DNA from: an uncultured virus (IMG/VR IMGVR_UViG_3300001242_000018)
Lineage: Duplodnaviria > Heunggongvirae > Uroviricota > Caudoviricetes
IMG/VR virus record: IMGVR_UViG_3300001242_000018
Span: 1 to 64,000 of that record
Length of the DNA: 64,000 bases
Direction: 5' to 3' (one strand)
The position numbers were made by a program, and so were the translations under genes. This document shows, piece after piece, positions 37,301 to 46,635 of this stretch (within the stretch, counting starts at the first letter, position 1; the number at the start of each line of letters is the position of its first letter). The notes beneath the pieces were generated by a model, which saw nothing but the letters and a program-made list of their open reading frames with translations, was not told the origin of the DNA and did not search any database.

Positions 37301-39460
37301 CGATATGTACAAGAATCTATGACAGACGTATCTGGTGTGGAAAAAGATGAGTTACGTAGACAGGCTGGACAAATGAAACAAGAGTATATACAAAGCTTAT
37401 CTCCAGACGATCAAGCTCTCTTGTTAAATCGGCATAAGTTTAATGAGATTCAAAGTGATATTATTAACGACACAAAGCTGAGCCCTCGGCAGCTAAGAAA
37501 AGTCGAGAGTATAGCATCAATACTTGATAGCGATTTATTCCGTGATGTAATAACCCCTAAGATGCAAGAAATCGAGGATACTGTTGGTTCAGGTAAGATT
37601 ACCAGGAATGACGCAGAGGAAATGGTTAGAGATATAAACAATGCTATTAAAGAGAATGTTCCAAAGCGAAAAGTCGAACATCTAAGTAACCTTGGTAACA
37701 TCACCTACAAGGGTAAGAGAGTTGGACAAATGCACCTAGACCTGGCTAACGAAGCTACTATTATGCGAAGTCTTTATAGTTCGGCTGAAATAATCGGGGA
37801 AGAGCTTTTCCCAACACATGCCGAAAACGATGCAAAAGCTAAAGCTATAAACGAGGTATTACTACCATGGATGAAAAGAAATGGTTTTAGTAGCGCCGAA
37901 CGGCTTGAGGATGTAGCAAATTATATAATGCGTAATAAAGATAAGCTAAGTCTCTCGGCAGCCGAGATTACCGATTGGTCGATACCTGTAGGGAAAGGTA
38001 CTCAAGTATATGTCGATTCTGAAATAGCAATTAATAAAGCTTTCAATGAAAGACTTTCATCAATTCATAAGAGACAAATTGATCAAGGTATTGAATTGCA
38101 CGAAGGTCATGATTTAGCCGAGCGGGTCATTAGAAATACCAGAGAGATGACCCAAGCTGAGTACGGTGTTATACCTGGTATGAGATATAACATAGGTACC
38201 CGTGGTGAAGATGTGAATGTTGTTATGCAGAAGATTGGCCGGCCGTTAAACGGTGTCGATGGAATGTCCTTAGAAGAGATACATGAGAATTTCCTACGAC
38301 ATCAAGAGACCGTAGAAGGACTTACTGATGAGTTGCTTGAGACAACACGCGAAATGGATATCGCTAGACAAGAACGCATACCTCACTTTAATGTACGGCA
38401 GGCTGCTAAAAACCGGCGTGAGATCTTTAACAATCTTATAGAAGCTCAAAAGGAAAGAAATCCTTATCTAAATGCTCTATCGACCGTAGCAGACTTAGAC
38501 GCTGGCTTAGATAGTGTAAGCGATTTAACATTAAGAGCTAGAGAAATGTTAGGTCAGGTAAGAGTCGACCAGCCGACTGGGGAAGAGCGAATTACTAAAT
38601 GGGATTACAGCGCAGTACCGGAAGGTTCTAAAGCTTCTGTTAATTATACAGGTTTTAGACTTACAGATATACCGGATGAAGCGCTGACTGATTATATTAA
38701 GTATCAAAATATCGGTGGCCATGAGCGCGAACGAGGAATGGTAGGAAATTATCTACAGCAAAAAGGGTACAAAGCTTATGATGAAGCTGGTCAAGAAATG
38801 AGCAACTGGAATGACTGGCGCCGGCAGCCGCCTCCCGACGCCGGAGATTACACAATACAACGGCCAGAGCAATTAAGCGAGGGTGACGAACAAGTTCGTC
38901 AATTAAACGAAGAGGCTAAACAAGGTAAAGTGACTAGGGCCGATAGTCCTAAAGAACTTGTTGCGGCTATGAATGAAGAGAGTAAAAGAGCTGTACCAGA
39001 GAGCGTACCAACCGATGATAAAGGGTTCTTCAGAACATTATTCGACGAGGCTAAAACTAACGGTAGACTTAAATGGCTAATGGGTTTGGCGGGTGGACTT
39101 GCTGTAGCCGGTTTTAGTTTACGTCAGTTATCTAATCAAAGACCTTTTGAACCGGAAGAGGAAGGTAATACTGAAAGTCGAGATATGTCATCTAATACCG
39201 GCCCCATGATTGATAAGAATACTTATATGGAGCATCCGGATAATACCGGAGGAGCTCAAATTAAGATTAAAACAAAACCAGGCAACATACCGCACGATCA
39301 GATCGGTAATATTGTAAGTGAGACAATAAATAGCGAATTGCCAGGTGTTGATATCAATGTAAATCTAACTGATAATACTTCGAACATTAGTACCGAATAT
39401 GTAAGAAGTATCTTGAACCAATACGTCTCACATGGTTATGTTGTTAATCGAGGTGAATAA
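31367..39460 (+). CDS. Giant (~2700 aa) helical protein with split DEDDh 3'-5' exonuclease motifs; probably tape-measure-like or ejected virion protein
   Basis: VLDFETTGL (ExoI), GHNVASFDIPML (ExoII), IDTL...HHIGKEDV (ExoIII). C-terminal hydrophobic helix LKWLMGLAGGLAVAGFSL. Start ATG 31367 follows GGGGTG. Confidence 0.65.
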   Translation: MSDIKGNFTIESRRRDLRDKLITKVGEGKYKERTIYNIIAAADFEALVPMTLDRRNRPLPVHFDESVFKAMHERQIDGVRFSDLWAAEMEQYLGEDTQLSKAVQTNLRLANKTIGIDIPKTNEQDSVKSTIPVKEIKSSKPGVTMTEAVSAILNIPEQDAKELLKKTPWQIEEALRETSIDSIIETLDEGEPTHAKVRANILENMIETGHDTNTLANMVHKYQSLNLSEELRKKWLSGIDSVDFTKLASDTRKIEGAGKELYGNIRTEINQIKHYKTKMKDLYVRAKDIGTQIIEVQARIDLLPEEKSAMIIESYADSFDKVAFEVANLQKEAARTIRHIPVTTENGEILRTPIGQAVNAFIESNKDVLPSDTVSLIRKELDNYYGDDKLIYNARNEVPAGIYDIEKPGSLTGFAWGEHSIVKDDPRLTQLERIALQLDTMVNGQPVERIEYENQPGVKETSARRYDDWREKANRDIAEYISEDAKATQMGTNVGQRTQNVIAQQQIEGIAKELNIEAPKIPKTWWTYTGDKDNSVLTPIELAENMEFEDNLKMLLEASRESGDKFGREGSPLENFRRAVTENILVKSGVDQYVPVEGLTEDIINKNLTDWSRYVGKDKYLYRFGGDKLAYKLKEVNGIRGIFVSEAIDPSKTKIEFDIANNFDIKGWVEEFNDKNLSKAVRDKDAFISNLLQSNWSYIEDGKYADNQNIVSQVLAQHTITEGPHGQGILKVVSEVEKLLQGRLGYTYDRNPELYLDATQDLTIAVMQAQETSKSGIASSEEILRHYYQLQADPSAYAMDTSSWIEPGDEFYRSERVWHTGRMATVEIIKEMEKAGIDTSNHRDIVSRLVGVREYITNNAGKEGTVHWGKMGYLNTIRAISKKELEQIAKDYIHGGKMVQDNATRKEFRELSFESIVESYTDQETGQVIGGRTYEEALLQNMAEDYQEKTGRKWNKVKRKEDIENIFKAIRDGKDDYDKAYDSLAQRMDLSSMNAEEVDALISKERNAIVDKRLRQVVISRLDGRKVSKEELTTLVEKERKTDINRQNRILSLMDVNDSGSIGRTEQEMLATEYTAIIKSQNPEMGYLDLLEKTASVTGTHNIQAAFNPTEFIESLLDEEGRNALNREHTGSYVVLQSMAMMNKEDGFNFTVTDEHGRQFVPVFGEDGDLLAQYDDHSKLISRTGRGVTRAEDLGHVRPVAFVRSNIEETSSTVIDSQDKYVKSLGAQYDALVRMRDNSWLKQNPADTFMNLEAVLAGHKAVVLDFETTGLLDHPDLQILEIATMDIEAPDGKPKYGEAESILIKPLQKTLDRMNKITDSIYLQKEIMNNTARVPKVGAYEHIGQFATKARELQVKIENTPLDSVERAESIDALKKLQKVVTTDDVMFMRNIAKFSDPEWARKDVKNLDKTYTVDKLFNDTKRAIQRLDSEGVDLEEGLSILKERLDDKAIVGHNVASFDIPMLTKAIDDLPHDIINREIDKTKNLLEDTTDKDEIKRYQNRIKALDDLLTIQDVGEVKARIDTNAEVVKNDARSFNIREGSTRFNFTKLAEPQINPWYTEGTFNRVAGVLGVTDIQFNNLLNSDNGVEEIRNRLSTVDYDSLKTGLQSTIDSQDTTSYAKGIARRRLKIVNGLSEAGVAPTDMVIDRVPLPPDDIPVRTNEFQKAYNKLHSVNYRLTGSLGSGDSTIIERDRVSLRNSFNELMRIATPPDTSSNNRWVTSASGIPSEWDIVGENEILDNYSKTLTGFADEANYWDDLKSRMQNVDDITEHSKNLPLIDTLPLFRWTKPGSGHSIEKVQEHYGAAMEKEGWVPGTHHIGKEDVQTEGYGLIQMINDYKGSKGQIDNFLEPWQQGDMFAVISQEGTNNIPIGEYEFVKQEGPKVIAKELDTGNVVNIDFDNQAKGQRWFTQNVKEINTPGEFNEQLLLDDVNRAIQKGLNKGIAGIDYLKFQSGDDSVDSWNKAYNRLNQIQGELDTVDRYVQESMTDVSGVEKDELRRQAGQMKQEYIQSLSPDDQALLLNRHKFNEIQSDIINDTKLSPRQLRKVESIASILDSDLFRDVITPKMQEIEDTVGSGKITRNDAEEMVRDINNAIKENVPKRKVEHLSNLGNITYKGKRVGQMHLDLANEATIMRSLYSSAEIIGEELFPTHAENDAKAKAINEVLLPWMKRNGFSSAERLEDVANYIMRNKDKLSLSAAEITDWSIPVGKGTQVYVDSEIAINKAFNERLSSIHKRQIDQGIELHEGHDLAERVIRNTREMTQAEYGVIPGMRYNIGTRGEDVNVVMQKIGRPLNGVDGMSLEEIHENFLRHQETVEGLTDELLETTREMDIARQERIPHFNVRQAAKNRREIFNNLIEAQKERNPYLNALSTVADLDAGLDSVSDLTLRAREMLGQVRVDQPTGEERITKWDYSAVPEGSKASVNYTGFRLTDIPDEALTDYIKYQNIGGHERERGMVGNYLQQKGYKAYDEAGQEMSNWNDWRRQPPPDAGDYTIQRPEQLSEGDEQVRQLNEEAKQGKVTRADSPKELVAAMNEESKRAVPESVPTDDKGFFRTLFDEAKTNGRLKWLMGLAGGLAVAGFSLRQLSNQRPFEPEEEGNTESRDMSSNTGPMIDKNTYMEHPDNTGGAQIKIKTKPGNIPHDQIGNIVSETINSELPGVDINVNLTDNTSNISTEYVRSILNQYVSHGYVVNRGE

Positions 39461-39463
39461 ATA

Positions 39464-42400
39464 ATGAGTGGCTATACTATTACTGAAGCATTTTTAAGTC
39501 CTTGTAGGAATAGACCTGGTGATAAAAGAACTCCTCAAGGGATCGTTATCCATAGGACGGGTGTGAATCAACCCGACCCTAATATTATACGAAGAAATAT
39601 GCAAAACGATAATCCTTATCCGGCTAGTTCTCATTACGTTATAGGTTCTAATCAAATACTTTATATTATCCCGGATGATGAGCGGGCTCATCATACCGTA
39701 GGTGGTAATAATTGTATTGGTATTGAAACTTGCGAACCTATTACAGCCGGCTCGTTAGCGAGATTGGTGTGGCTATGTGCTTACTTATGCGATAAATGGA
39801 GATTTCCTAAAACAGAGCAAAGTATTAAACCTCATAGCTACTACGATTCCAATACACGACCACACGATCCATTTAGCTGGAGTCTCTATAAGGCCGGTAA
39901 GGCAGATCCTAATGGAGTGATCGATCCTTTTGCTTTCTATAGAGCTATTAATCAATCTACTTCCGGTGGAGGTACTGCTGTAGTACCTCCACCATCATCG
40001 ACGCCCGTTGGTATATCGACGGATGCCGTTAGCGGTATACAACCATTCAATACGGATTTCATAAAATGGGATGCAATCGATCTATTCGGACTAGATACAG
40101 ATATCGTTCCCGGGTGGCGTAACAGAGCAACACCATTTCATTTGCGTATTGGTGATAGCGTATTCTTTGTTCCACCAACTTCTATTAAAGTTAAAACTGT
40201 TGGAAATGTGTCTACTATGAAATCCATGAGATCTAAAAGTAGTATTAAGACTAAGAGTGGATATACCCAAACAGAGATACGTTTAACTCTGTACTTTGGT
40301 GATATCGAGCAGATTAATGGATTCCCGGTAGCGGGGCCGGCCGGTGAGATTTACAGCATGGATGGATTAAGACCACTTCTGGCACAATTCATGAGAACGC
40401 CAATCATACCTGTAGTTAATGAACGACTTAATGACGTGTTTGGTATATATAATGTATGCCTATCGTCTATAACTGGATATACGGATAAGGACTTCCCCGA
40501 TACATTGTCTGTAGAACTTATTATGCATAAGACAACAGTAATGCCATATATCCAAAGGCATGATGCCGATCTTGACCGTATGATTTGTTATCCATTATTC
40601 CGTTGGTATTATCAGCAAGTACTTCAGCCTACAGCATTGGGACGGGTGAATCAATCATGGTTACAGCCGATTGTTAATTATATGAATGGCTCATTTAAGT
40701 TTTATATTATTGATAGTAGTTTTCTTGAAACTAACGATGTAGTCTCTATTGCGGCCGGCATTGCTATGGTAGAGGTAGATATACCAAATGATGAAGTAAT
40801 AATCAATTCCATGTCTTTAACTACTCATAATTTATTTAGTGCGGTACATTTACAAATGCATACCGATCCGTCTCACCAATACATGGGATCGTTAGATACT
40901 AATATCTTTATTCAGCTAGAGACAGAGAATAGAGATATTGTTAAACAATTTGTTGACTTGCAAAAACTTACAGAAGAATATGCTATCAACTATCGTGATA
41001 AATTAGTTTCAGGCTTTGTAAAGTTAGAGAATGAACTGGTTCAGTTATTCGGAGTAGAGTATGTAATGATTCATGCTATAGAAATTGATACCGTAGAAAA
41101 TGAGCCAGGCATGACACGAATTGCTATAGCTTGTGTCAGTTACGACCCGAGTCAGAAAGATAATGAAGCTGTTGACGGTTTCCTGCCGTTTCATGATAAA
41201 ACCAATCTAGTAGGTAATGTACAAAGCGTACTGTTAAATAGTATGGCAGATGCGCCTACCGAGTACTTACAGACTATGGTTGCTGAAGAGGTTGTAAATA
41301 ACTTAGACCTATACCCGGATCTCGAATTGCCATCGTATAATCAAGTGGCACAAGCTCTGCTCGATATAAACGCGCAGAGAAGGCAACGTAATTTAAAGGA
41401 TCTTGATTTTAATGTGTTTGTCTCTCCGGCATTAAGAGGTAAGAATTATTCAGGCTTTAGAGTCGATCCTGACTTTTATGTTAAATACGATTATTTACAT
41501 CTTGGCGGAATGGTTAATCCAGCTATAGTAAATGGAGGTACAATCAATAGTAGCTATCCTGCAGGTATTGGTATAGATCCTAACGCACCTACACCAGTCT
41601 CGACAACCACCGTTACGACTAATACTACAACTTCAGTTCCGGGAGAACAAAGGACATTCGAGATAACAGCGTATTGCGCTTGTCAAAAGTGTTGTGGCAA
41701 GTCTCCGGGGAGTCCTGGTTACGGTGTTACAGCAAGTGGAGTTATGGTTAAAGAGTGGCATACCATTGCTGTAGATAGGAATGTTATACCAATGGGTAGC
41801 TGGGTATATATTCCTTACTTTAAGAACAAACCTAATGGAGGCTGGTTTAAAGCCGAAGATACCGGCGGGGCCATTAAGGGTAATAGGATAGATGTTTATT
41901 ACAAGAGCCACCAGGAGGCATTAAACTTCGGAAGACAAAGATTGCCTGTCATAATAAGTAAAGAAAAGGGAGCGACTCCTCCCAGCGGAACTGCCGGAAC
42001 TACAATGTCTGTTAATCCTACAGCTAACTCTTCTAAAACAAAAACAGAGTTCATAGCACTGGTTAAGGCTCAAGTAGGTAAACCTTATGTTGTTACTACA
42101 GAGGGGCCTGATACTTTCGATTGCTCTGGTCTTGTACAATGGACATTCGCTCAGTTTGGAGTTAATATAACTCGCCTTACTTATACTCAATGGAAACAGT
42201 GTCAAGAAATAACCAAAGGTGATTTGACTGTAGGTGATTTGATTTATACAAGATGGGGAGATGGCCCAGATCCGGTCAATCCAGACCATGTTGGTATATA
42301 CTTAGGCGATAATACTATTGTTCATGCTAAGGGTAAAGCTTATGGAGTAGTTCAAATTAGTGGTAACAGTCTTGGTGCAGATTCTCGCTACTTTAGATAC

Positions 42401-45400
42401 TTACCGATGGCCGAGGTTTTACAGACAGGAGCAGTAAGTTCGTCCTCGGGTATATATAACTCAACAGATAGTACAGGCCTTAATTGGAAAGATGAAAAAC
42501 TTCCAGATTGGATTTATGCACAAACACCGCCGGTAATGACTAAACCTTACGGAGAGAGAGTTCAAGCTCCGGACATATCTAAGCCCGAAGGTATTGACGA
42601 GTTGGCTAGACAGATGTGCCATGATTGGCTTACTTATTCTTGGGATGGAAGATTCGTTAAAGCATTTCCAACCTTTGCTATGGTGATATTAGACGAAGGT
42701 ATGTGGATAAGTGGTAGAAGAACGTGGACAAACTTTTATACCTACCATTCTGTGTTGAATATAACTACTGTCAAAGATCGAGACAATCCTGTAGACCTTG
42801 CTATTATATCTCTTACGAATATCTATGGTAGCCTAAATGCCAAACTTAGATATAAAGCTAAGGGAGGAGATACCTGGGCTAATAATATCTTTCCTCGGAT
42901 AGATATGTCAATTCTAAAACAAAGAGCCGAAGTGCTAAAGAACATTAGTCTAAAGACCGGTGCTAGGGTGCATCTCAAAATGGGATATGGTTCTGTTGCA
43001 GAATGTTTACCTACAGCTTTTAATGGTGTGATAGCAGACATAGATTCCAGGGAGAATATGACTATTATATGTCAAGGTGATGGTATAGAGCTGGTCGATC
43101 CTATATTAGAGTGGGATGAGAATCAAAGAACCAGTATCTTTAATTTAACCAGTACCCCGTGGACAATGTTTTACATGATACTAGCCCACCGTGGACTCAT
43201 GTTTCACTGGGGTAATAGTATGGTCGTTCAGGAGTTTATTAAAGGATTGAAAAGTACTATCGATCTTGCAGAGACGTTTGCAGACTGGGTTAGTAGTATG
43301 ATAGAAAAAGGAAAACTGGAGAAAGCACCAGAGAAGCTATCAAATGCTATTAAAAGTGTAACAATGGTAAATCCCGCAGGAGAGACTGGAACAGATGAAG
43401 AGCATTTTGATATAGCATGTGTAAATGCCGGTATTTATGCAAGTTATATGACAGTCGATCAAGTCAAACCCGAACAATGGCAAAGGTGTATAGAAATATA
43501 CAAAGAAAGAACTGGTAAATCTATTACAGTCGAACAGGCTAAACAAATGTTCGTTGGTGGCCAGGAAAAGGTAGAAGCCGCTACAGGGGAAATGATGCCA
43601 GAATCCTTAGACGGTTATATCTTTGGAGATGCCAACCCTTATGGTATTGAACACTTCGGTTATGTATATAAGAAAGAAGATGACATATCCTGGGGTGGCG
43701 ACCCGGAAAGAAGTACCGATATAGACAGTGGTAAGAAGATAAGCGCCTATGATACTATGAAGAATATCTATGATAGGAACCCGGCTTTTCCTAACGACCC
43801 TGACCCGGGTGTTAACTGGCTATGTCAGTTATTAGGCTTTATCGGATACGATGAAGATGCCGGCAAGGGCGGTATTCAAATGTATATAGGTGGTAAGAGT
43901 CCCTGGGATATCTTTAGGACAATATCCTTTGCAGAACGGGATAAGATAGTAGCCATTCACCACTACCATTTTAGAAGTACCTTGTTTTACGGGATGCCAC
44001 ATTGGCCGGTAAAATATGCATTAAGACTTAAGAGCGGGGATGGTACCAAGAAGGAAGATTATGAAGAGCTATATAAACCGTTTAGTCAATTCTGGCTTTA
44101 TAATAGTTACTATCATATTATTGATAATGGTATCCGCGCTAGTAATACGGATTTAGTAACTAATTGTGCAGCTATCTATTCTATTGAAGGTAAACCAGTT
44201 ACCAGTAAAGTAGTAAAGGCTGATAAGTATATTAAAAGAGAGCTTCAAAAGACAGAGATCTTTGATAGTACTACTATACAAGATAGCTTTATCCCTAATG
44301 CCATTCCCGCTATGGAAACTATACTACCTTTCCTTGGTTTTGCTACGGGCGAAAGTCGGGCTGTAGAGATGTGCCGCAGCCATTTAAGAGAGAAATTTAG
44401 AGGTATGTATCAGGGAGAACTTTTAATATTAGGACAAGTACCTAAGCAACATGATCAGTTTTATCTCGACGATGCTTATACCAAGATGAATGGTATGGCC
44501 GATATAGGGCGAGTCGTTATTCATATGGGATTTGATACAGGATTTATTACCTCTATTAAACCGGATTTACAGGTAGCTATTGCTGGGAGTGAAAGAAATA
44601 AAGCCCTTTTGGGTATATCGAGACGGGCCTTACAATTTGCTAAATACTCTGCTAACGGATTCTTATTCCTGCTTGCTTCTGGAGCATTTGTAGTCGGCGT
44701 TAAGAATGCGAAGTTAGCCGGTACGGTATGGACTGCTGTCAGAAGTATAAAGAACATAAGGACAGCTATCTCAGGATTAGGAACCATAGCCGGAGGGTTG
44801 GCGTTAACTGCCGGAGCCACCGCAGCTGCTATAGGAAGTATGTTAGGTGGTCTTGTTGTTACCATCTTTGGAGTTTTAGTATTAAATGGTATGTGTGAAC
44901 TATATGATAAATACACTAATCGCTATCAGCAGGAGATTAAGATATACCCATTATGGTATAAAGGGATGCCATATACTGCTGGTATAGACGGTCACCAAAC
45001 GTTAATTCCGGGTTTAAAAGATCCGTTTTATTATCCAGACCCTATTATAAAATGGGAGAATACCGGTGACAATGGTGCCACTTCTAAAGATGGTTCTCAG
45101 CCCGGGACTGGGAACGACGATTTGACAGATATTCTACAAAGACTTGGTTTTGTCTATGACGAATTTACTCCGGCTACAACCGGTCAACTTTCAGTACCTG
45201 GTACTGGTACAAATAGCGAATATAAGCCAAACGATCTTATGGATATATCCAGGGCTCGTTACTTTAGATGGCCTACAATGAGCCGTAAGATTACCGAAAT
45301 TTCAATAGGACGGATGGATAACAACGGTAAAAATTCTCACGTAAAAGGTATCGATATCGCAGGTAATCAAGACGATCCTGTATTCGTTGCTTGCTCTGGT

Positions 45401-45685
45401 ATTGTTAATAAAATAGGTAACGATCCGAGCCCGGGTGGTCTCGGTCAGCATGTTATAGTCTCTCATCCCGGTGGAAGTCAAACAGTATACGGGAATCTTG
45501 GAGAAGTTAAAGTAAGCCATGGTGAAAAACTCGACTGTCGTACTCTTAATAATAGTATCTGTATAATCGGGACTATTGGTACCAGTGCGAAGAAAGCTGA
45601 CGGATGCGACCAGGAAGAGCCACATTTACATTTCGATATTCTTGGTATCCCGGCGGATAAGACAATATTTCATTATTTAGAGTAG
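39464..45685 (+). CDS. Baseplate hub / tail lysin with Amidase_2, 3D, NlpC/P60 and M23-like domains
   Basis: IVIH..SSHYVIG..IGIE (amidase). ITAYC..IAVD..AEDTGGAIKGNRIDVY (3D). FDCSGL..HVGIY..VHA (NlpC/P60). GIDIA..PHLHF (M23). Hub-like ARVHLKMGYG...FNGVI segment. Confidence 0.85.
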   Translation: MSGYTITEAFLSPCRNRPGDKRTPQGIVIHRTGVNQPDPNIIRRNMQNDNPYPASSHYVIGSNQILYIIPDDERAHHTVGGNNCIGIETCEPITAGSLARLVWLCAYLCDKWRFPKTEQSIKPHSYYDSNTRPHDPFSWSLYKAGKADPNGVIDPFAFYRAINQSTSGGGTAVVPPPSSTPVGISTDAVSGIQPFNTDFIKWDAIDLFGLDTDIVPGWRNRATPFHLRIGDSVFFVPPTSIKVKTVGNVSTMKSMRSKSSIKTKSGYTQTEIRLTLYFGDIEQINGFPVAGPAGEIYSMDGLRPLLAQFMRTPIIPVVNERLNDVFGIYNVCLSSITGYTDKDFPDTLSVELIMHKTTVMPYIQRHDADLDRMICYPLFRWYYQQVLQPTALGRVNQSWLQPIVNYMNGSFKFYIIDSSFLETNDVVSIAAGIAMVEVDIPNDEVIINSMSLTTHNLFSAVHLQMHTDPSHQYMGSLDTNIFIQLETENRDIVKQFVDLQKLTEEYAINYRDKLVSGFVKLENELVQLFGVEYVMIHAIEIDTVENEPGMTRIAIACVSYDPSQKDNEAVDGFLPFHDKTNLVGNVQSVLLNSMADAPTEYLQTMVAEEVVNNLDLYPDLELPSYNQVAQALLDINAQRRQRNLKDLDFNVFVSPALRGKNYSGFRVDPDFYVKYDYLHLGGMVNPAIVNGGTINSSYPAGIGIDPNAPTPVSTTTVTTNTTTSVPGEQRTFEITAYCACQKCCGKSPGSPGYGVTASGVMVKEWHTIAVDRNVIPMGSWVYIPYFKNKPNGGWFKAEDTGGAIKGNRIDVYYKSHQEALNFGRQRLPVIISKEKGATPPSGTAGTTMSVNPTANSSKTKTEFIALVKAQVGKPYVVTTEGPDTFDCSGLVQWTFAQFGVNITRLTYTQWKQCQEITKGDLTVGDLIYTRWGDGPDPVNPDHVGIYLGDNTIVHAKGKAYGVVQISGNSLGADSRYFRYLPMAEVLQTGAVSSSSGIYNSTDSTGLNWKDEKLPDWIYAQTPPVMTKPYGERVQAPDISKPEGIDELARQMCHDWLTYSWDGRFVKAFPTFAMVILDEGMWISGRRTWTNFYTYHSVLNITTVKDRDNPVDLAIISLTNIYGSLNAKLRYKAKGGDTWANNIFPRIDMSILKQRAEVLKNISLKTGARVHLKMGYGSVAECLPTAFNGVIADIDSRENMTIICQGDGIELVDPILEWDENQRTSIFNLTSTPWTMFYMILAHRGLMFHWGNSMVVQEFIKGLKSTIDLAETFADWVSSMIEKGKLEKAPEKLSNAIKSVTMVNPAGETGTDEEHFDIACVNAGIYASYMTVDQVKPEQWQRCIEIYKERTGKSITVEQAKQMFVGGQEKVEAATGEMMPESLDGYIFGDANPYGIEHFGYVYKKEDDISWGGDPERSTDIDSGKKISAYDTMKNIYDRNPAFPNDPDPGVNWLCQLLGFIGYDEDAGKGGIQMYIGGKSPWDIFRTISFAERDKIVAIHHYHFRSTLFYGMPHWPVKYALRLKSGDGTKKEDYEELYKPFSQFWLYNSYYHIIDNGIRASNTDLVTNCAAIYSIEGKPVTSKVVKADKYIKRELQKTEIFDSTTIQDSFIPNAIPAMETILPFLGFATGESRAVEMCRSHLREKFRGMYQGELLILGQVPKQHDQFYLDDAYTKMNGMADIGRVVIHMGFDTGFITSIKPDLQVAIAGSERNKALLGISRRALQFAKYSANGFLFLLASGAFVVGVKNAKLAGTVWTAVRSIKNIRTAISGLGTIAGGLALTAGATAAAIGSMLGGLVVTIFGVLVLNGMCELYDKYTNRYQQEIKIYPLWYKGMPYTAGIDGHQTLIPGLKDPFYYPDPIIKWENTGDNGATSKDGSQPGTGNDDLTDILQRLGFVYDEFTPATTGQLSVPGTGTNSEYKPNDLMDISRARYFRWPTMSRKITEISIGRMDNNGKNSHVKGIDIAGNQDDPVFVACSGIVNKIGNDPSPGGLGQHVIVSHPGGSQTVYGNLGEVKVSHGEKLDCRTLNNSICIIGTIGTSAKKADGCDQEEPHLHFDILGIPADKTIFHYLE

Positions 45686-45693
45686 GTGAAATC

Positions 45694-46080
45694 ATGAATC
45701 TTAATAACGGTATCTTACAGACGATTTACAAAAAGGTAGTAGCGCCGGCTATAGCTAACGTTACTAAAGACGTTAGAGGGACTGTTACAGAATACTATCC
45801 AGAACAAAAGAGATGTAAGGTAAGATTTAGAGACCCTAATAGCCGTGGTATATGTGAATTGGTAGTACCTATACAAATCCAGGGTGGAATTAATCACCCT
45901 GGCCCATTTCCGGGAGAAGATGTACAAATCGTATTCCCGGGCGGTAATTATACCTTCGGTTATATAAGTGGGGTTCTAGATCTTAATTATAGCTCATCTA
46001 CAAGGGGTAGAAGACAAACCCATAGACGGAAGGGTTCTTTTATACCAGATATGATAGGTGAAAGGACTGGTGAGTTGTAA
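45694..46080 (+). CDS. Baseplate spike N-terminal OB-fold-like protein
   Basis: GTVTEYYPEQKRCKVRF...PFPGEDVQIVFPGG resembles the gp5/gpV OB domain. Position after the hub. Confidence 0.6.
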   Translation: MNLNNGILQTIYKKVVAPAIANVTKDVRGTVTEYYPEQKRCKVRFRDPNSRGICELVVPIQIQGGINHPGPFPGEDVQIVFPGGNYTFGYISGVLDLNYSSSTRGRRQTHRRKGSFIPDMIGERTGEL

Positions 46081-46604
46081 TGGCGTACGGGGGTCAATCA
46101 TTACGTTTAAATGAATATGCGAATAAACCAACAGATAACCCGTTACTCGAACTAAAACAAAGTGCGGAAAATGTAAGGTTTCCATCCGGTTCCGAACCAG
46201 CTTTAACACATCCTTTTAATACAAGTATTGTTAAGATACGAGACAATGGTTGTATTGATATTTTCTGTGGTACTAATGTCGGTATTAGATTAGATCCTAA
46301 CCTAGCTAACATATCGCTAATTACCGATGGAGAACGTCATCACACCGGATATTTAAGAGAATGGATACAAAAGGATGTAGAAAGACATGTTGGCCGTAAC
46401 ATTTTAACCAAGATAGGTGGTAATATCTATTTAGAAGCGCAGGGAAATTGTACTGTTAATATTGGTGGCAATGCCGACCTTAACATCGGCGGGAATGCTG
46501 ACATAGAAATAGGCGGAAATGTAAAGATTGATAATGAAGGTACCGTAGAATGGATGTCTGGTGGGAATATGTATTTCGCGGCACCTAACTACTTCTTCTC
46601 ATAA
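46080..46604 (+). CDS. Baseplate spike beta-helix protein (gp5 C-terminal-like)
   Basis: 8-residue repeats IGGN-x-x-x-x (KIGGNIYL, NIGGNADL, NIGGNADI, EIGGNVKI). Confidence 0.7.
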   Translation: MAYGGQSLRLNEYANKPTDNPLLELKQSAENVRFPSGSEPALTHPFNTSIVKIRDNGCIDIFCGTNVGIRLDPNLANISLITDGERHHTGYLREWIQKDVERHVGRNILTKIGGNIYLEAQGNCTVNIGGNADLNIGGNADIEIGGNVKIDNEGTVEWMSGGNMYFAAPNYFFS

Positions 46605-46635
46605 ATTAACTCAAGCTTTGTACAGAGGTGATAAA

